DNA of 64,000 nt from an uncultured bacterium (GTDB taxonomy: Bacteria > Actinomycetota > Acidimicrobiia > Spongiisociales > UBA5794), in assembly GCA_963801165.1 (NCBI GenBank), contig CAWDDT010000013.1, positions 160,001 through 224,000 of the forward strand. Reading direction: 5' to 3'. Both the position numbers and the translations under genes were made by a program. Shown piece after piece: positions 36,270 through 47,005 of the stretch. Every line of letters starts with the position of its first letter. The first letter of the stretch is position 1. The notes beneath the pieces are model-generated. The model was not told the origin of the DNA. It did no database searches and saw only the letters and a program-made list of their open reading frames with translations.

Positions 36270-37976
36270 CTACACGGGCCGCAGGGTCGGGTAATCCAGG
36301 CTCCAGATCTCGTAGTCGAGCGCGGCGTCGATCTCCGAGCAGGTCATCGCCTGACCGACCCCGCTCTCGCAGGCTTCGATAGCAACGGCCCTGGCGATCT
36401 TGCGGCTGATCGAGCGGAGGTCCGCCAGCGGCGGATACAGGACGCCCTGCGCCAGGTCCGCCTCGGCAACGAGGCCCGCCAACTCGTTGGCGGCCGCGGC
36501 AAACATCCCATCGGTCACCTTGGTCGCCCCGGTCACTATCGCACCGAGCCCCACGCCCGGGAACACGTAAACGTTGTTGCCCTGGGAAACCTGCAACACC
36601 TTGCCGCCCAGCTCCACAGGACCGAACGGGCTCCCGGTCGCCATCAGCGCTTTACCGTCGGTCCATCTGAACACATCGGCGGGGATCGCCTCCGACTTCG
36701 CCGTGGGGTTCGACAACGCCATCACGACGGGTCGCTCCACGTGCGCAGCCATGGTGCGGATGATCGACTCGGCAAAGACGCCCGGCTGGCCGGTCGTCCC
36801 GATGAGCACCGTCGGGTGCACAGTCTCGAGCACCTTCTCCAGTCCCGATGAGCCGTCGAGGCCGTTGGCCACGGCCAACTCTGCGGGCCAGGCGAGGTCA
36901 TGCTTGTGCTCATCCATCTCGCCACGGTCGAGTGCAACCAGACCGTTGGAGTCGATGAGCGTGATCGCTCGATAGAGGTCGTCGCCGGAAACACCGACTG
37001 CCTCCATCTCGTGGTGGAGGTGACGTGCGATGCCTACGCCCGCGGCCCCTGCCCCGACCAGCACCACCCGTTGGTCTGCCATCTTGGTTCCGGTCGCCCG
37101 GCAAGCAGCCAGGATCCCGGCCACGATGACCGCGGCGGTGCCCTGGATGTCGTCGTTGAAGCTGGGGAGAACGTCGCGATAGCGGTCGAGGAGGGTGTAG
37201 GCGTTGACCTTCTTGAAGTCCTCCCACTGGAGCAGCGCCCTGGGCCAGCGCCGGGAAACCGCGTCGACAAACTCGTCGATGAGCTCGTAGTACTCGTCGC
37301 CCCGAAGCCGCGGGTGACGCCATCCGGCGTACATCTCGTCGTTGAGGAGACGCTCGTTGTCTGTGCCGACGTCGAGGCTGATCGGGAGGGTGTACGCCGG
37401 GTGGATTCCGGCACCGAGCGTGTAGAGGGCAAGCTTCCCGACCGGGATGACCATCCCGCCGACACCCTGGTCCCCGAGCCCCAGGATCCTCTCGTTGTCG
37501 GTGACGACTATGAGCTTCACCTCTTCGTTTCTCGAATGGCCGAGCACATCGAAGATCCGCCCCTTGTGGTAGGGGGTGATCCACAACCCCCGGCCCCTGC
37601 GGAACAGGTGGCTGTATCCCATAGCAGCGGTGCCAACCGTCGGGGTGTAGACGATCGGAAGCAGTTCCTCAACGTGGGCCGCAAGCACCTGGTAGAAGAG
37701 TGTCTCGTTACGATCCAGCAAACCGGTCATCGACACGTACTTCTCGAGGGGGTTGTCCCCTCTGTCCTGGAGATGCTCGTAGGCGCGCCGTTCCTGATGG
37801 GCCCGATCCGTCGACTGATACGGCAACATGCCGTCCAGCTCGAAGATGTCTCGCTCCTCCTTGGTGAACGCGGTTCCCTTGTTCAAGAGAGGATCGGACA
37901 ATATGCCCGAACCGCGCTTCCATACGTCGGCAACTATCCATTCGCCGTCATCAGTGCGCTCGATGCGGTATTTCAT
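36270..37976 (-). CDS. maeA: NAD-dependent malic enzyme
   Basis: 'LNKGTAFT', 'PIVYTPTVG', 'ERILGLGD', 'FNDDIQGTA', 'GAGAAG', 'LSNPT'. Confidence 0.93.
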   Translation of the reverse strand: MKYRIERTDDGEWIVADVWKRGSGILSDPLLNKGTAFTKEERDIFELDGMLPYQSTDRAHQERRAYEHLQDRGDNPLEKYVSMTGLLDRNETLFYQVLAAHVEELLPIVYTPTVGTAAMGYSHLFRRGRGLWITPYHKGRIFDVLGHSRNEEVKLIVVTDNERILGLGDQGVGGMVIPVGKLALYTLGAGIHPAYTLPISLDVGTDNERLLNDEMYAGWRHPRLRGDEYYELIDEFVDAVSRRWPRALLQWEDFKKVNAYTLLDRYRDVLPSFNDDIQGTAAVIVAGILAACRATGTKMADQRVVLVGAGAAGVGIARHLHHEMEAVGVSGDDLYRAITLIDSNGLVALDRGEMDEHKHDLAWPAELAVANGLDGSSGLEKVLETVHPTVLIGTTGQPGVFAESIIRTMAAHVERPVVMALSNPTAKSEAIPADVFRWTDGKALMATGSPFGPVELGGKVLQVSQGNNVYVFPGVGLGAIVTGATKVTDGMFAAAANELAGLVAEADLAQGVLYPPLADLRSISRKIARAVAIEACESGVGQAMTCSEIDAALDYEIWSLDYPTLRPV

Positions 37977-38063
37977 CCAATCCTCCGGTGGGGCTGCATC
38001 TATTAGCGTGCGACACTCCCATCACCCGCGCTAGGGCCATATGTCACCGCATGATCTGCGATC

Positions 38064-38516
38064 ATGGCCCCCATGGAACCGGCGATACAGGACACATATC
38101 CGGACGAGTTCGCTCGTTGTTTCGGCTGCGGAAGACTGAACGAGCACGGCCATCATTTCCGGACACACGCCGTCGGCACGGGTACCGTGACCGAGCACGA
38201 TCCGTCGCCAGACGAAACCGGGGCCGCAGATTTCGCTTATGGGGGCCTCATCGCGAGTCTGATTGATTGCCACTCGGCCGGCTCGGCGGCGATTTTCTGG
38301 ATGCAGCGCAACGGCCTGATCGTCGGCGAGGATGCAACGCCCAGATTTGTGACCGCCCGTCTCGAGGTCGACTACGTGGCGCCGACGCCCATGACGAGGA
38401 TGCGTGTCTCCGGCTCGGCCGGCGAGATCGGGAATCGGAAGGTCATCGTCACAAGCGAGTTGACCGCCGGCGACAAGGTGACCGCACGGGGTCGCGCCGT
38501 GCTGGTACGGATCTGA
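38064..38516 (+). CDS. PaaI/hot-dog fold thioesterase
   Basis: 'CFGCGRLNEHG', 'YGGLIASLIDCH', 'VTARLEVDYVAPTP'. Confidence 0.88.
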   Translation: MAPMEPAIQDTYPDEFARCFGCGRLNEHGHHFRTHAVGTGTVTEHDPSPDETGAADFAYGGLIASLIDCHSAGSAAIFWMQRNGLIVGEDATPRFVTARLEVDYVAPTPMTRMRVSGSAGEIGNRKVIVTSELTAGDKVTARGRAVLVRI

Positions 38517-38626
38517 ACCTCGTCGGGAGGGTGCAGAAGAACTCGAGGTCAGACTCGTTGCCTGGCTCGACAACCTGGAGATATCGGGGCGTTGCGACCC
38601 TTCACCGCAAATCGACCACCAGCCCC

Positions 38627-39247
38627 CTAGTCGATTTCGAACTCGGCGTGGATCGACACAGTCACCGCCAGCTCACCCGTTTCGATCGGTGCACCACCGG
38701 CAGCGGCCACCGCCATCGCCCGCAGCGGGACCGGTCCGCCACCCTGGTGGGGCTGCTCCGAGATGGCGACGACCCTCCCCAGCACGACACCGGCGAGCTC
38801 TGCGAGCTGCCTCGCCTTGTTTCTCGTGTCATCCCAGGCATGTGTCCTCGCTTCGGCTTCCAGGCCGGCGGGATCCTGGTGCTGGAACCTCAGAGCGCGG
38901 ACGACAACGTGCTCCCCTCCGGCGCCTGTTGCCGCGTCGAGTATGTCTCCTACAGCGTCGATGTCCTCGATCTGTGCCGCCACCGTATTGACGACCCGAT
39001 AGCCGACGAACCGGCGACCGGCACCGTGGTCGTACTCGGGATTGATCGTGTAGGTGATGGTGCTGATGCGGGTGTCGGCAACACCGCTCTCGCGCAGTGA
39101 AGCGACCACCGCCGCCATGTCTGTGGCGGCTGCCGCCCGGGCGGTGGCAACGGATGAATCGACGACCTCCACACCGATGTCGACGACGGCGAGGGTAGGT
39201 GGGGCACTTGCCGTGCCCGTTCCCGATACCGCGATTGTCTGATTCAT
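38627..39247 (-). CDS. SIMPL (DUF541) domain protein
   Basis: 'IAVSGTGTASAPP', 'GYRVVN', 'KARQLAELAGVVLG', 'PIETGE'. Confidence 0.88.
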   Translation of the reverse strand: MNQTIAVSGTGTASAPPTLAVVDIGVEVVDSSVATARAAAATDMAAVVASLRESGVADTRISTITYTINPEYDHGAGRRFVGYRVVNTVAAQIEDIDAVGDILDAATGAGGEHVVVRALRFQHQDPAGLEAEARTHAWDDTRNKARQLAELAGVVLGRVVAISEQPHQGGGPVPLRAMAVAAAGGAPIETGELAVTVSIHAEFEID

Positions 39248-39354
39248 GGCTCTCCCAGCTGGACCCCCGGGCAATGTCTGCCGACAACATTACCGGCCAC
39301 GGCCCGACGGAAACGACCGATGCACCGGGAGCGCCATACCGGTAGCGTGGAGGC

Positions 39355-40347
39355 GTGCGTCGCCCCTACCGGCCCCTTCTGATAGCGCTATCTGCTCTGG
39401 GTGTGTTCGCCTTCGTCTCGGTGTTGATCGGCGCGGGTGGCTGGGGGCGGCCCGCGGCGAACGAGCAGGCGATCGGCGAGGTATCACGCTGGTGCGAACG
39501 GGTCAGCGGTGGATTCCTCCGCGAGCCGATCAACACACTCGCCAATCTCGGCTTCGTGATCTCCGGGCTGGCGATGCTCTTCGTTCTTGCCCGGGATCAG
39601 GCTGCCGGCAGGTCGGCGCAGAATCGGATGATCGGGACAACGTCGATTGCACTCCTCTATGCGGGGGCAACGGTGTTTCTCGGGCCGGGATCGATGGTGA
39701 TGCACGGCACCCACACCTTCTTCGGCGCCTGGCTCGACAACGTGTCAATGGTCGCCTTCATCACCATCCCGTGGCTGTTCAACGTCTCGGTGATGGCAGG
39801 ATGGAGTGAACGCACGATGTTCGTGCTGTACGCGTCCATCCTCGGCACGTACGGCGCGGGATACTGGTTTATTGGCCCGGATCTCGGCATCGGATTCGAG
39901 CTGTTCCGCGTTTCGGTCCCTCTCTGGCTGGTGTCGGAGTTCGTCTACCGCTTCTGGTCACCCACGGTGCGCTGGCTCTCGGGCGCTGTGGGTTTTGCGG
40001 TTGCCGCCGCCTTCGGGATCTCCCCCGCTCATATGCTGACGAACATAGGCGAGTATTGGTGGTTCCCGCTCCTCTGGCTGCCCGGGCTGGTAGCGCACAA
40101 CGCTCCGGGGTCGCGGCGCACGTACACACCGTGGTTCTTTGCGGGTGTCGGATCGTTCCTAGCGGCGTACGCCATCTGGCAGACGGGACACGCTGATCAT
40201 CCCTGGTGCCGTCCGGACTCGCTGCTCCAGGCCCATGCGATCTGGCATCTCCTCGGCGCCGTGGCGACATGGTGTTTCTTCCGTTTCCTCCGCACCGAGC
40301 ATCGTCTTCGCTCCCCCCATGACGCCATACCGGAGCTGTTGCGATAG
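39355..40347 (+). CDS. Ceramidase-like (CREST superfamily) membrane hydrolase
   Basis: 'WCER...REPINTLANLGF', 'GSMVMH', 'QAHAIWH'. Confidence 0.82.
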   Translation: MRRPYRPLLIALSALGVFAFVSVLIGAGGWGRPAANEQAIGEVSRWCERVSGGFLREPINTLANLGFVISGLAMLFVLARDQAAGRSAQNRMIGTTSIALLYAGATVFLGPGSMVMHGTHTFFGAWLDNVSMVAFITIPWLFNVSVMAGWSERTMFVLYASILGTYGAGYWFIGPDLGIGFELFRVSVPLWLVSEFVYRFWSPTVRWLSGAVGFAVAAAFGISPAHMLTNIGEYWWFPLLWLPGLVAHNAPGSRRTYTPWFFAGVGSFLAAYAIWQTGHADHPWCRPDSLLQAHAIWHLLGAVATWCFFRFLRTEHRLRSPHDAIPELLR

Positions 40348-40363
40348 GAAAGTGGCGAGCGTG

Positions 40364-43015
40364 TCAGCCCGCCCCGGTGACGACCGACCCGTCGATGAGA
40401 CCGGTGGTGACGGTGTCGGCTTCGGCGGCGACATCCGGCGGCAGCGGGTAGTCCGGGTTGTACTCGATGACAATCCCGCCATTCGCCAGGGTCAATGTGT
40501 AGGTCTCACCTCCGAGGACGCCACTATCGAGCCCGCTGATGATCTGACGCAGGGCAACCTCCCAGTGGTAGACCTGCGATGCCACGACCAGGTCCGGGGC
40601 CAACTCCGTCTGGTTGGCCTGGTTTCCAAACCAAAGCGCGTCGTTCTCGGAGGCGACTCCCACAGCACCAACAACCATCTGGGCGCTTCCGGTGAGTACG
40701 TCGGCACCGGCGTCGACCTGGCCGGCGGCCGCTTCGGCGGCAAGCCCGAGATCGCTGAAGGAGCCGATATAGGTAGTGAGGACTGACACCTGGGGATTGG
40801 TGGCGACCACCCCGGCGGTGAACCCGTTGATGTACTGAGCGGCGTCGCCGACCTCCAGCGGTCCGACGACCCCGATGACGCCGCTCTTGGTGAGACGGGC
40901 TGCGATCGTGCCCATCAGGTACCCTCCCTCGTCGGCGGCCACGGCGTAGGCCGAGACGTTCGGCAGGTCGAAGGTGTCGGCAGCGGTCCCCCAGGCAAAT
41001 GCCACGTTGGGAAACTCAGGGGCGATCGCGGCCAGCGAAGGACCGTACTGAGAACCATGCGCAATCACGAGGTCGTAGCCTTCCGCCGCATACTTGCGGA
41101 TCGCAGCCTCAGCATCAGCTGTCACGAGCACTCCGTCGGAAATGTCGATCCCAACGTCCGCACGCTCGGAGGCGATGACCTGGGCAGCATCGACGATGCT
41201 CTGGGTGAAAGCGAGATCATCACGGGCACTCGGGGCGACGATCCCGATCCGGAAACTGGCGGTGGCGGCAGCCTGCACTGCATACCCGACCTCGAACTCG
41301 ACACGACGCTCGAGACCTGCGACCGATTGTGCCCCGGTGGACCCTGCCTCCCCCCGGGCGTCGACAGCGAGACGGTCGATCGGCACACCCCTGTCGACGA
41401 GGTAGTCACGGACGGACTCGGCGCGGGCGAGGCTGATCTGCACGTTCTCCTCGGTCGTCCCTGCAGAATCGGTGTACCCGACGAGGGTGACGATCGGCCC
41501 GTCATAGGACAAGATCGTGTCGGCCGCACCGTCGAGAATGCGTTCCTGCAGCGCATTGAGACCAGCCTGACCGCTCTCGAAGACGATGGGCGTCACTGCG
41601 GTGATCCGATCGAGCTCGGCGGCGAGTGCCGCCGCCCGATCGGTAGGCTCGGTGAGGTCGACGACCTGCGCAATCCCGTCGACCCCTCTCACCACGTCGA
41701 CCAGGTCGGCAGACCCCGCTTCCGGGGTCACTCCGGTGAGGGTCGCCACTCCGCCCGACACCGTCACGTTGACCTTGTCGAACCCGGCCGCGGTGATCGC
41801 GTCTAGTGCAGCGACACGCAGGTCATCGTCGAGCACCGCCACGGCCATCCCCGTGCCATCCACAGGGATGTCACCGGCCAGCGCCCCGGCTGCACCGACG
41901 ATTGCACTGCGATCCGCTTCCGTGCCAACCGTACCGGTGAGGTAGATCGTGCCGTCGCTCTCTGTCACCACGACATCCCCGAGACCGAGCCCGTCGACGA
42001 CCGCCTGGATCTGGGCGGCAACCGGAGTTGCGGTCGCCTCGGTGGCGATGGAGGTGCTCGCGCTGGTCCCCGGCGCGCCCTCGCCGCCGCTGTTGTAGAA
42101 GAACAAGAACCAGACGGCCGCGCCGATCGCAGCGAGAGCAACGAGCACGCCCAGGACGGGAAGCAGTCGCGAGGGCGTGGTGGGCGCATGCGGGCGCATT
42201 CGCTCGAGGTCCCGAAACGCCTCATGGCCAAGCTGTCGCTGCCGCTCCCTGATCCCAATCGGCGTGGCAGTCTCGGCGGCTTCCGGCTGCGAGATTGGCT
42301 CCGCAACCTCGTCCGGCACGGGCGCGCTATCGGGCTGCTGTTCCGGCACACCCCGACGAGCCCGGCTTGCAGCCAGGTCATCCTCCCGGGATCGGTACGG
42401 GAACTTCTCGGGAAGCAGCAGGCCCGGCTCGTCGATGTCCTGGTCCCCATGGTTCCCGCCCGCCGGTGGCGCCACCGCATCCGCCGGCGGCCTGTGCGTC
42501 TCGACCATGGGCGGTGCGGCGGGCGCAGGCTCCACGCCTCGAGATGCCGGTTTGACCTCGAAGGACGCAGGTTCCACGATCGGAGGCAAATCCTGCTCCG
42601 GTGGCAACGAGATGGGCGGCGGGGGCGGGGGTGGTGGCGGCTGAGGAGGAGCGACGGCGTCGGGAGGGGGGCCGAGGATGCGGGAGCGGAGCTGCTCCCC
42701 CAGCCATTTGGGTTCGTCATCGCCGGTCTGCGGCGGTGTCACGACCTGCGGTGCGGTTCGGGGCCGGTCTAGTTCGGAGCTGACCCTGCCTTTGAGGCGG
42801 GATAGCTCGGCTCGATTGGCGGTCAACTCGTCGAGTAGCACGTTGCGCTGCTGTTCGTCCTTGGTGCCACGAAGCAGGTCCCAGAGCTCATGCTGCCGCT
42901 CGGTGAGCGCGACCAGGCGTGCGACATCGTCGCCGGCGCCGGTATTGCCGATGCGCTCGTCAGCCACTCCGTCGTCCCTTTCGCAACGGTCTCGAGAGAC
43001 CTCGTGTCTTGTCAC
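40364..43015 (-). CDS. Membrane protein: cytoplasmic coiled-coil/Pro-rich region, TM, 2xBON, OmpA-like, BMP-family solute-binding domain
   Basis: BON 'GTIYLTGTV' and 'GVATLTG...VDGIAQVVD'; OmpA C-like 'IVFESG...VGYTDSAG...SLARAESVRDYL...RRVEF'; BMP 'DLAFTQS...GYDLVIAHG'. Confidence 0.82.
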   Translation of the reverse strand: MTRHEVSRDRCERDDGVADERIGNTGAGDDVARLVALTERQHELWDLLRGTKDEQQRNVLLDELTANRAELSRLKGRVSSELDRPRTAPQVVTPPQTGDDEPKWLGEQLRSRILGPPPDAVAPPQPPPPPPPPPISLPPEQDLPPIVEPASFEVKPASRGVEPAPAAPPMVETHRPPADAVAPPAGGNHGDQDIDEPGLLLPEKFPYRSREDDLAASRARRGVPEQQPDSAPVPDEVAEPISQPEAAETATPIGIRERQRQLGHEAFRDLERMRPHAPTTPSRLLPVLGVLVALAAIGAAVWFLFFYNSGGEGAPGTSASTSIATEATATPVAAQIQAVVDGLGLGDVVVTESDGTIYLTGTVGTEADRSAIVGAAGALAGDIPVDGTGMAVAVLDDDLRVAALDAITAAGFDKVNVTVSGGVATLTGVTPEAGSADLVDVVRGVDGIAQVVDLTEPTDRAAALAAELDRITAVTPIVFESGQAGLNALQERILDGAADTILSYDGPIVTLVGYTDSAGTTEENVQISLARAESVRDYLVDRGVPIDRLAVDARGEAGSTGAQSVAGLERRVEFEVGYAVQAAATASFRIGIVAPSARDDLAFTQSIVDAAQVIASERADVGIDISDGVLVTADAEAAIRKYAAEGYDLVIAHGSQYGPSLAAIAPEFPNVAFAWGTAADTFDLPNVSAYAVAADEGGYLMGTIAARLTKSGVIGVVGPLEVGDAAQYINGFTAGVVATNPQVSVLTTYIGSFSDLGLAAEAAAGQVDAGADVLTGSAQMVVGAVGVASENDALWFGNQANQTELAPDLVVASQVYHWEVALRQIISGLDSGVLGGETYTLTLANGGIVIEYNPDYPLPPDVAAEADTVTTGLIDGSVVTGAG

Positions 43016-43146
43016 CTACCGGTCGACCCCGGCTCGCGCACACGACGTGCGGGATCGATAGCGTCACGCGTTTCGCCGCGGACGTCAAGGCGGGCCGCCC
43101 TGGTCAGGACGGACACTATTGTCGCAGCCGGCACTAGGAGACGCGT

Positions 43147-43458
43147 TTGACCCCGGATGAAGCCGTTACCCAACTCACTGAAGCGTTCATCAGGAACATG
43201 ACCGTGACCGAACGCGACCCGTGGGAATTCTTCGACTGGTCGTACAACACGTGGGGCTTTCAGCAGGTGCGCGCGCTCCGAGCCAGCCTCCGGAACATTC
43301 TCGCCCAGGAGAGCCCGACGCCCCAGCATGTCGAGCAGGCAGTGCGGGTCACCTGTGCCGTGTTCGCTACAACGGGGGTTCCCTTCAACGAGAACGCCCA
43401 CGGTCTCGGCGAAGCGAGTGCCGAGGTGTTTCGCAGCGCGCTACGGGCGATCGTCTAG
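43147..43458 (+). CDS. Hypothetical protein
   Basis: AGGAG RBS before TTG; protein-like composition. Confidence 0.6.
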   Translation: MTPDEAVTQLTEAFIRNMTVTERDPWEFFDWSYNTWGFQQVRALRASLRNILAQESPTPQHVEQAVRVTCAVFATTGVPFNENAHGLGEASAEVFRSALRAIV

Positions 43459-43589
43459 TCAAGAACCCGCTATCCGGCAGACCCTTTGGCTCGCCTGTCC
43501 GGGGACAATTGTCCGGGCGGCCCAACCACGCCCCGGAATACCGTAGAATTGTGGAGGGTTCACATAGACCCTGACTAAGGATCTAAGCA

Positions 43590-44609
43590 ATGAGCAACGC
43601 AATCATCGAGGTCGTAGAGCTCGGTTTCCCCTGGATTGGCCTCGATCCGTTCATCATGACGGTGCATCACGTCGACCACTACCCGGCCGGCAACAACGCT
43701 CAGGGACCGGCTGCATCGCTCGACGAGCGCAACATCGGCTCCGACTTCTCATATCGCGACGGATGGTCGATGTACCACGGCGACATCGTGCCCGGGTTCC
43801 CGCAGCACCCGCATCGCGGCTTCGAAACCGTGACCGTCGTCAGACGTGGATATGTCGATCATTCCGACTCGCTGGGAGCGACGGCCAGATACGGCGGCGG
43901 CGACGTGCAATGGCTCACCACCGGATCGGGCATCCAGCATTCCGAGATGTTCCCATTGATCGACGAGCACGGGCCCAACCCGCTCGAATTGTTCCAGATC
44001 TGGTTGAACCTACCGCCCGAGTCAAAGATGGTGCCGGCCTACTTCTCGATGCTGTGGAGCGAGGACATCCCCACCATCGCCGGCGGACCCGGCGTCCGCG
44101 TCGATGTGATGGCAGGCGAGATCGACGGGATCCGGTCCCCTGCACCGCCGCCCGATTCATGGGCGTCCCGCCCCGGCTCGCACCTCGGGATTTGGCTGAT
44201 CCGGCTCGATCCTGGTTCCCGCTGGGCACTTCCCTCTGCCCCGGCGACGGTGAACCGGATGCTGCACTGCATCGCCGGTGACGATGTGCGCATCGCGGGG
44301 ACTGTTATCACCGACGGCGTCGGCGTCCAGGTGGCGGCCGACACCCCAACCGTGCTCGACAACCACGGGTCGCCCGCCGAATTCCTGTTACTGCAGGGTG
44401 AGCCTATCAACGCGCCGGTTTTTCAGATGGGTCCGTTCGTCATGAACACGCCGGACGAACTGCGGCAGGCATTTGCCGACTACAACAGGACCGGGTTCGG
44501 TGGCTGGACATGGTCATCGCGCAGTCCGGTGCATGCCCGCAGCGACGGCCGCTTCGCCCTGCACGCCGACGGCAAGGTCGAGCATCGGGACATGCAAACG
44601 ACCAGCTGA
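43590..44609 (+). CDS. Pirin family protein
   Basis: 'GFPQHPHRGFETVT', 'HSDSLG', 'GIQHSEM', 'GPFVMN'. Confidence 0.95.
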   Translation: MSNAIIEVVELGFPWIGLDPFIMTVHHVDHYPAGNNAQGPAASLDERNIGSDFSYRDGWSMYHGDIVPGFPQHPHRGFETVTVVRRGYVDHSDSLGATARYGGGDVQWLTTGSGIQHSEMFPLIDEHGPNPLELFQIWLNLPPESKMVPAYFSMLWSEDIPTIAGGPGVRVDVMAGEIDGIRSPAPPPDSWASRPGSHLGIWLIRLDPGSRWALPSAPATVNRMLHCIAGDDVRIAGTVITDGVGVQVAADTPTVLDNHGSPAEFLLLQGEPINAPVFQMGPFVMNTPDELRQAFADYNRTGFGGWTWSSRSPVHARSDGRFALHADGKVEHRDMQTTS

Positions 44610-44653
44610 ACCGAGCCGACCATCACAAGGCGGCTCTCCCGCTCGATGCTTGC

Positions 44654-47005
44654 TCAGCCGGTGGGTTGACTCAGCAGCGCCCGATACAGGAACGCTGACA
44701 TCTGTGCTCTGGTCACGGGTGCGTCGGGACAGAAGTGGTCATTGGCGGGCGGGTTGCAGCCCAGCGTCACGCCGGCTTCAGCCAGGCGGTCGATGTCGTC
44801 CCGGAACACCGAGTCGTCGTCATCGGTGAACCGATCGGAGCCGGATCCCTCCGTGTAATTGAAGGCCCGCACCAGGAACGCAGCCATCTGACCGCGAGTG
44901 ACGATTTCGTCGGGACAGAACTCATCATTCGCCGGAGGATTGCACCCCTTGGTGACGCCGGCAGAGCCCAGCCACTCGATATCTGCGACAAACACCGAAG
45001 CTGCAATGTCTTTGAAGCTGACGGGTCGAGCCGCATTCAGCACGTCTGCAAGCGCCCGGTGCAAGAACGCGGCCATCTGCCCCCTCGTCACAGGGGCGTT
45101 GGGGCAGAACTTGTCATTGGCGGGCGGGTTGCAGCCCTTGGTGATCCCTTCGAAGGCCAGCCACTCGACGTTCACGAAGAACGTATCACCGAGAGGCACG
45201 TCATCGAAGGAAGGGGCCACCGGGATCTCGAACGCATCGAGCACCTCGATCGTCATCATGGCGGTGTCGGTGGCGAGACCATCGCTCACAGAGACGGTCA
45301 ATCCGTACGAGGGCTTCGTCTCGAAGTCGAGCGACCGTGCCACCTCGATCGACCCGTCCGATCCGATGGCGAAGTCACCCGACGGGTCACCCGCCGTGAT
45401 CGACAAATCGAGCGGCGTTCCATCTGGATCCGACGCATCGACGGTCCCGACACTGTCACCGATGGCCGCGTCTTCAGCAATCGACAACGATCCGTCGGCG
45501 ATCTCGGGAGCCCGGTTGCAGCGAGCCGGAACCGCAGTCATCCACGGCGTGAAATCAACGTCGGTGCTCACCGTATCGCCGGACCCCGGACCTTCCCCGG
45601 ACGGCCCGTCCGCGCTGCCCCACCAGTTGTCTTCAAAGACCGTGACGCTACCCGTGTCATTCACTAGACCGGCCTTGTTGTCCACCACGCAGTTGCCCGT
45701 GGACCCGGCGTCGAAGCGGACGTTGTCGAGAAGGTAGATACCACGGTTGTTGGAGTTGAGCACGTCGTTGCCGGCGACCACGTGCGATCCCGAACCGCGC
45801 AGAGCGATTGCGGTGTTGTTGCCGAAGTCGCCGTTGCGCTCGTTATCGGCGCCGAGAATGTTTCCGGAGATGAGAACGCTCGCAGTGGTTGCCGACCCGC
45901 TTACATCTATTCCGGTGCCGGAGGCAGCGATGGTGTTGTCGCGGATCTCGAGACCGGTGTTGGCAGACCCGACGTCGGTCATTTGCACTGCGATCCCGAC
46001 GCCAAATGCCTCACCGTCCGGGGTGATCCCGAAGCTATTGCCCACGACCCGATTACCGGTACCGGTGTCGGCCTGGATAAACACGCTCTTGTTGCTGCCG
46101 AAGTAGTTGCGCTCGATATCGTCAGAGACACTGTCCTGATTGCTCCCAATCAGATTGTCGGACGACGACTGCTTGACGTAGATGCGGCCCGAGTCCACGA
46201 CGGTCGCTCCGTCGGCGCCGATCCCGAACAAGTTGCCGGCGATAACGTTGCCGTCGTTGTCGTTGATGTAAACGGCGTTGCCACCCTCCCCGAAGACGTT
46301 CCGCTCGCCGACGTCGTTCGATCCGTCACCATCGGTACCGACCGTGACTCCTACCGCCGTGCCCTCGATTGACACCTGCGACGAGAAGGCGTCGACACCG
46401 AGCGGATCGATCCCGGCCGCGTCGAGACCGAAATGGCTGCACTCGATCGAGTGCGATCCCGCCAGTACCTTCACCGCTGCGGTGGAGCCGACCGCGTTGT
46501 CCGTGCCAAACGAAAACCCGCGGATCGTCGACGATCCCGATGCGTGGTTGAGCTCGAATACAGTGGCGCCGTCGGCGTCGGCGCTGCTGGACACAAGTTC
46601 GATGCGCATATACGAGGGTTCGGAAGGGGTCGCACAAACGTTCGCTCGGGAGCCGCCGTTCTGAGGCTGTGTCGTGCCGTCAACGGTGACCGACTGGGTC
46701 ACCGCAATGGGGCCCTCGGTCAGGTCCATCCGGCACACGCCACCCGGACAGGAGCCGGAGGGAATGTCGAAGTCGATGACGTCTGCAGTGCCCGTCACAT
46801 TGGCCGCGGAGATGGCACCGCGCAGGCTGCAGTCCCCGGCAGCCCCGGTACATGCGGACAGCGCGGCATCGTCAGAAACGGTGTCGACCACGAACGTCTC
46901 GGCCGCCGCGGCCGGAGTGGCGCGAACACTGATGACCGCGAGACTTGCAATGAGCGCCAGCACCGCAAGCGCGCCAAACGAGATCCGACCAACCGTTGAA
47001 GACAT
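44654..47005 (-). CDS. Secreted surface protein: CSLREA/beta-helix, cadherin-like domain, 3 SLH repeats
   Basis: Signal peptide; 'CSLRGAI'; 'GNLFG/GNSFG' beta-helix repeats; 'LDFE..PSYGLTVSVSDG'; 3x 'GCNPPAND.FCP...VTR.QM'. Confidence 0.88.
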   Translation of the reverse strand: MSSTVGRISFGALAVLALIASLAVISVRATPAAAAETFVVDTVSDDAALSACTGAAGDCSLRGAISAANVTGTADVIDFDIPSGSCPGGVCRMDLTEGPIAVTQSVTVDGTTQPQNGGSRANVCATPSEPSYMRIELVSSSADADGATVFELNHASGSSTIRGFSFGTDNAVGSTAAVKVLAGSHSIECSHFGLDAAGIDPLGVDAFSSQVSIEGTAVGVTVGTDGDGSNDVGERNVFGEGGNAVYINDNDGNVIAGNLFGIGADGATVVDSGRIYVKQSSSDNLIGSNQDSVSDDIERNYFGSNKSVFIQADTGTGNRVVGNSFGITPDGEAFGVGIAVQMTDVGSANTGLEIRDNTIAASGTGIDVSGSATTASVLISGNILGADNERNGDFGNNTAIALRGSGSHVVAGNDVLNSNNRGIYLLDNVRFDAGSTGNCVVDNKAGLVNDTGSVTVFEDNWWGSADGPSGEGPGSGDTVSTDVDFTPWMTAVPARCNRAPEIADGSLSIAEDAAIGDSVGTVDASDPDGTPLDLSITAGDPSGDFAIGSDGSIEVARSLDFETKPSYGLTVSVSDGLATDTAMMTIEVLDAFEIPVAPSFDDVPLGDTFFVNVEWLAFEGITKGCNPPANDKFCPNAPVTRGQMAAFLHRALADVLNAARPVSFKDIAASVFVADIEWLGSAGVTKGCNPPANDEFCPDEIVTRGQMAAFLVRAFNYTEGSGSDRFTDDDDSVFRDDIDRLAEAGVTLGCNPPANDHFCPDAPVTRAQMSAFLYRALLSQPTG

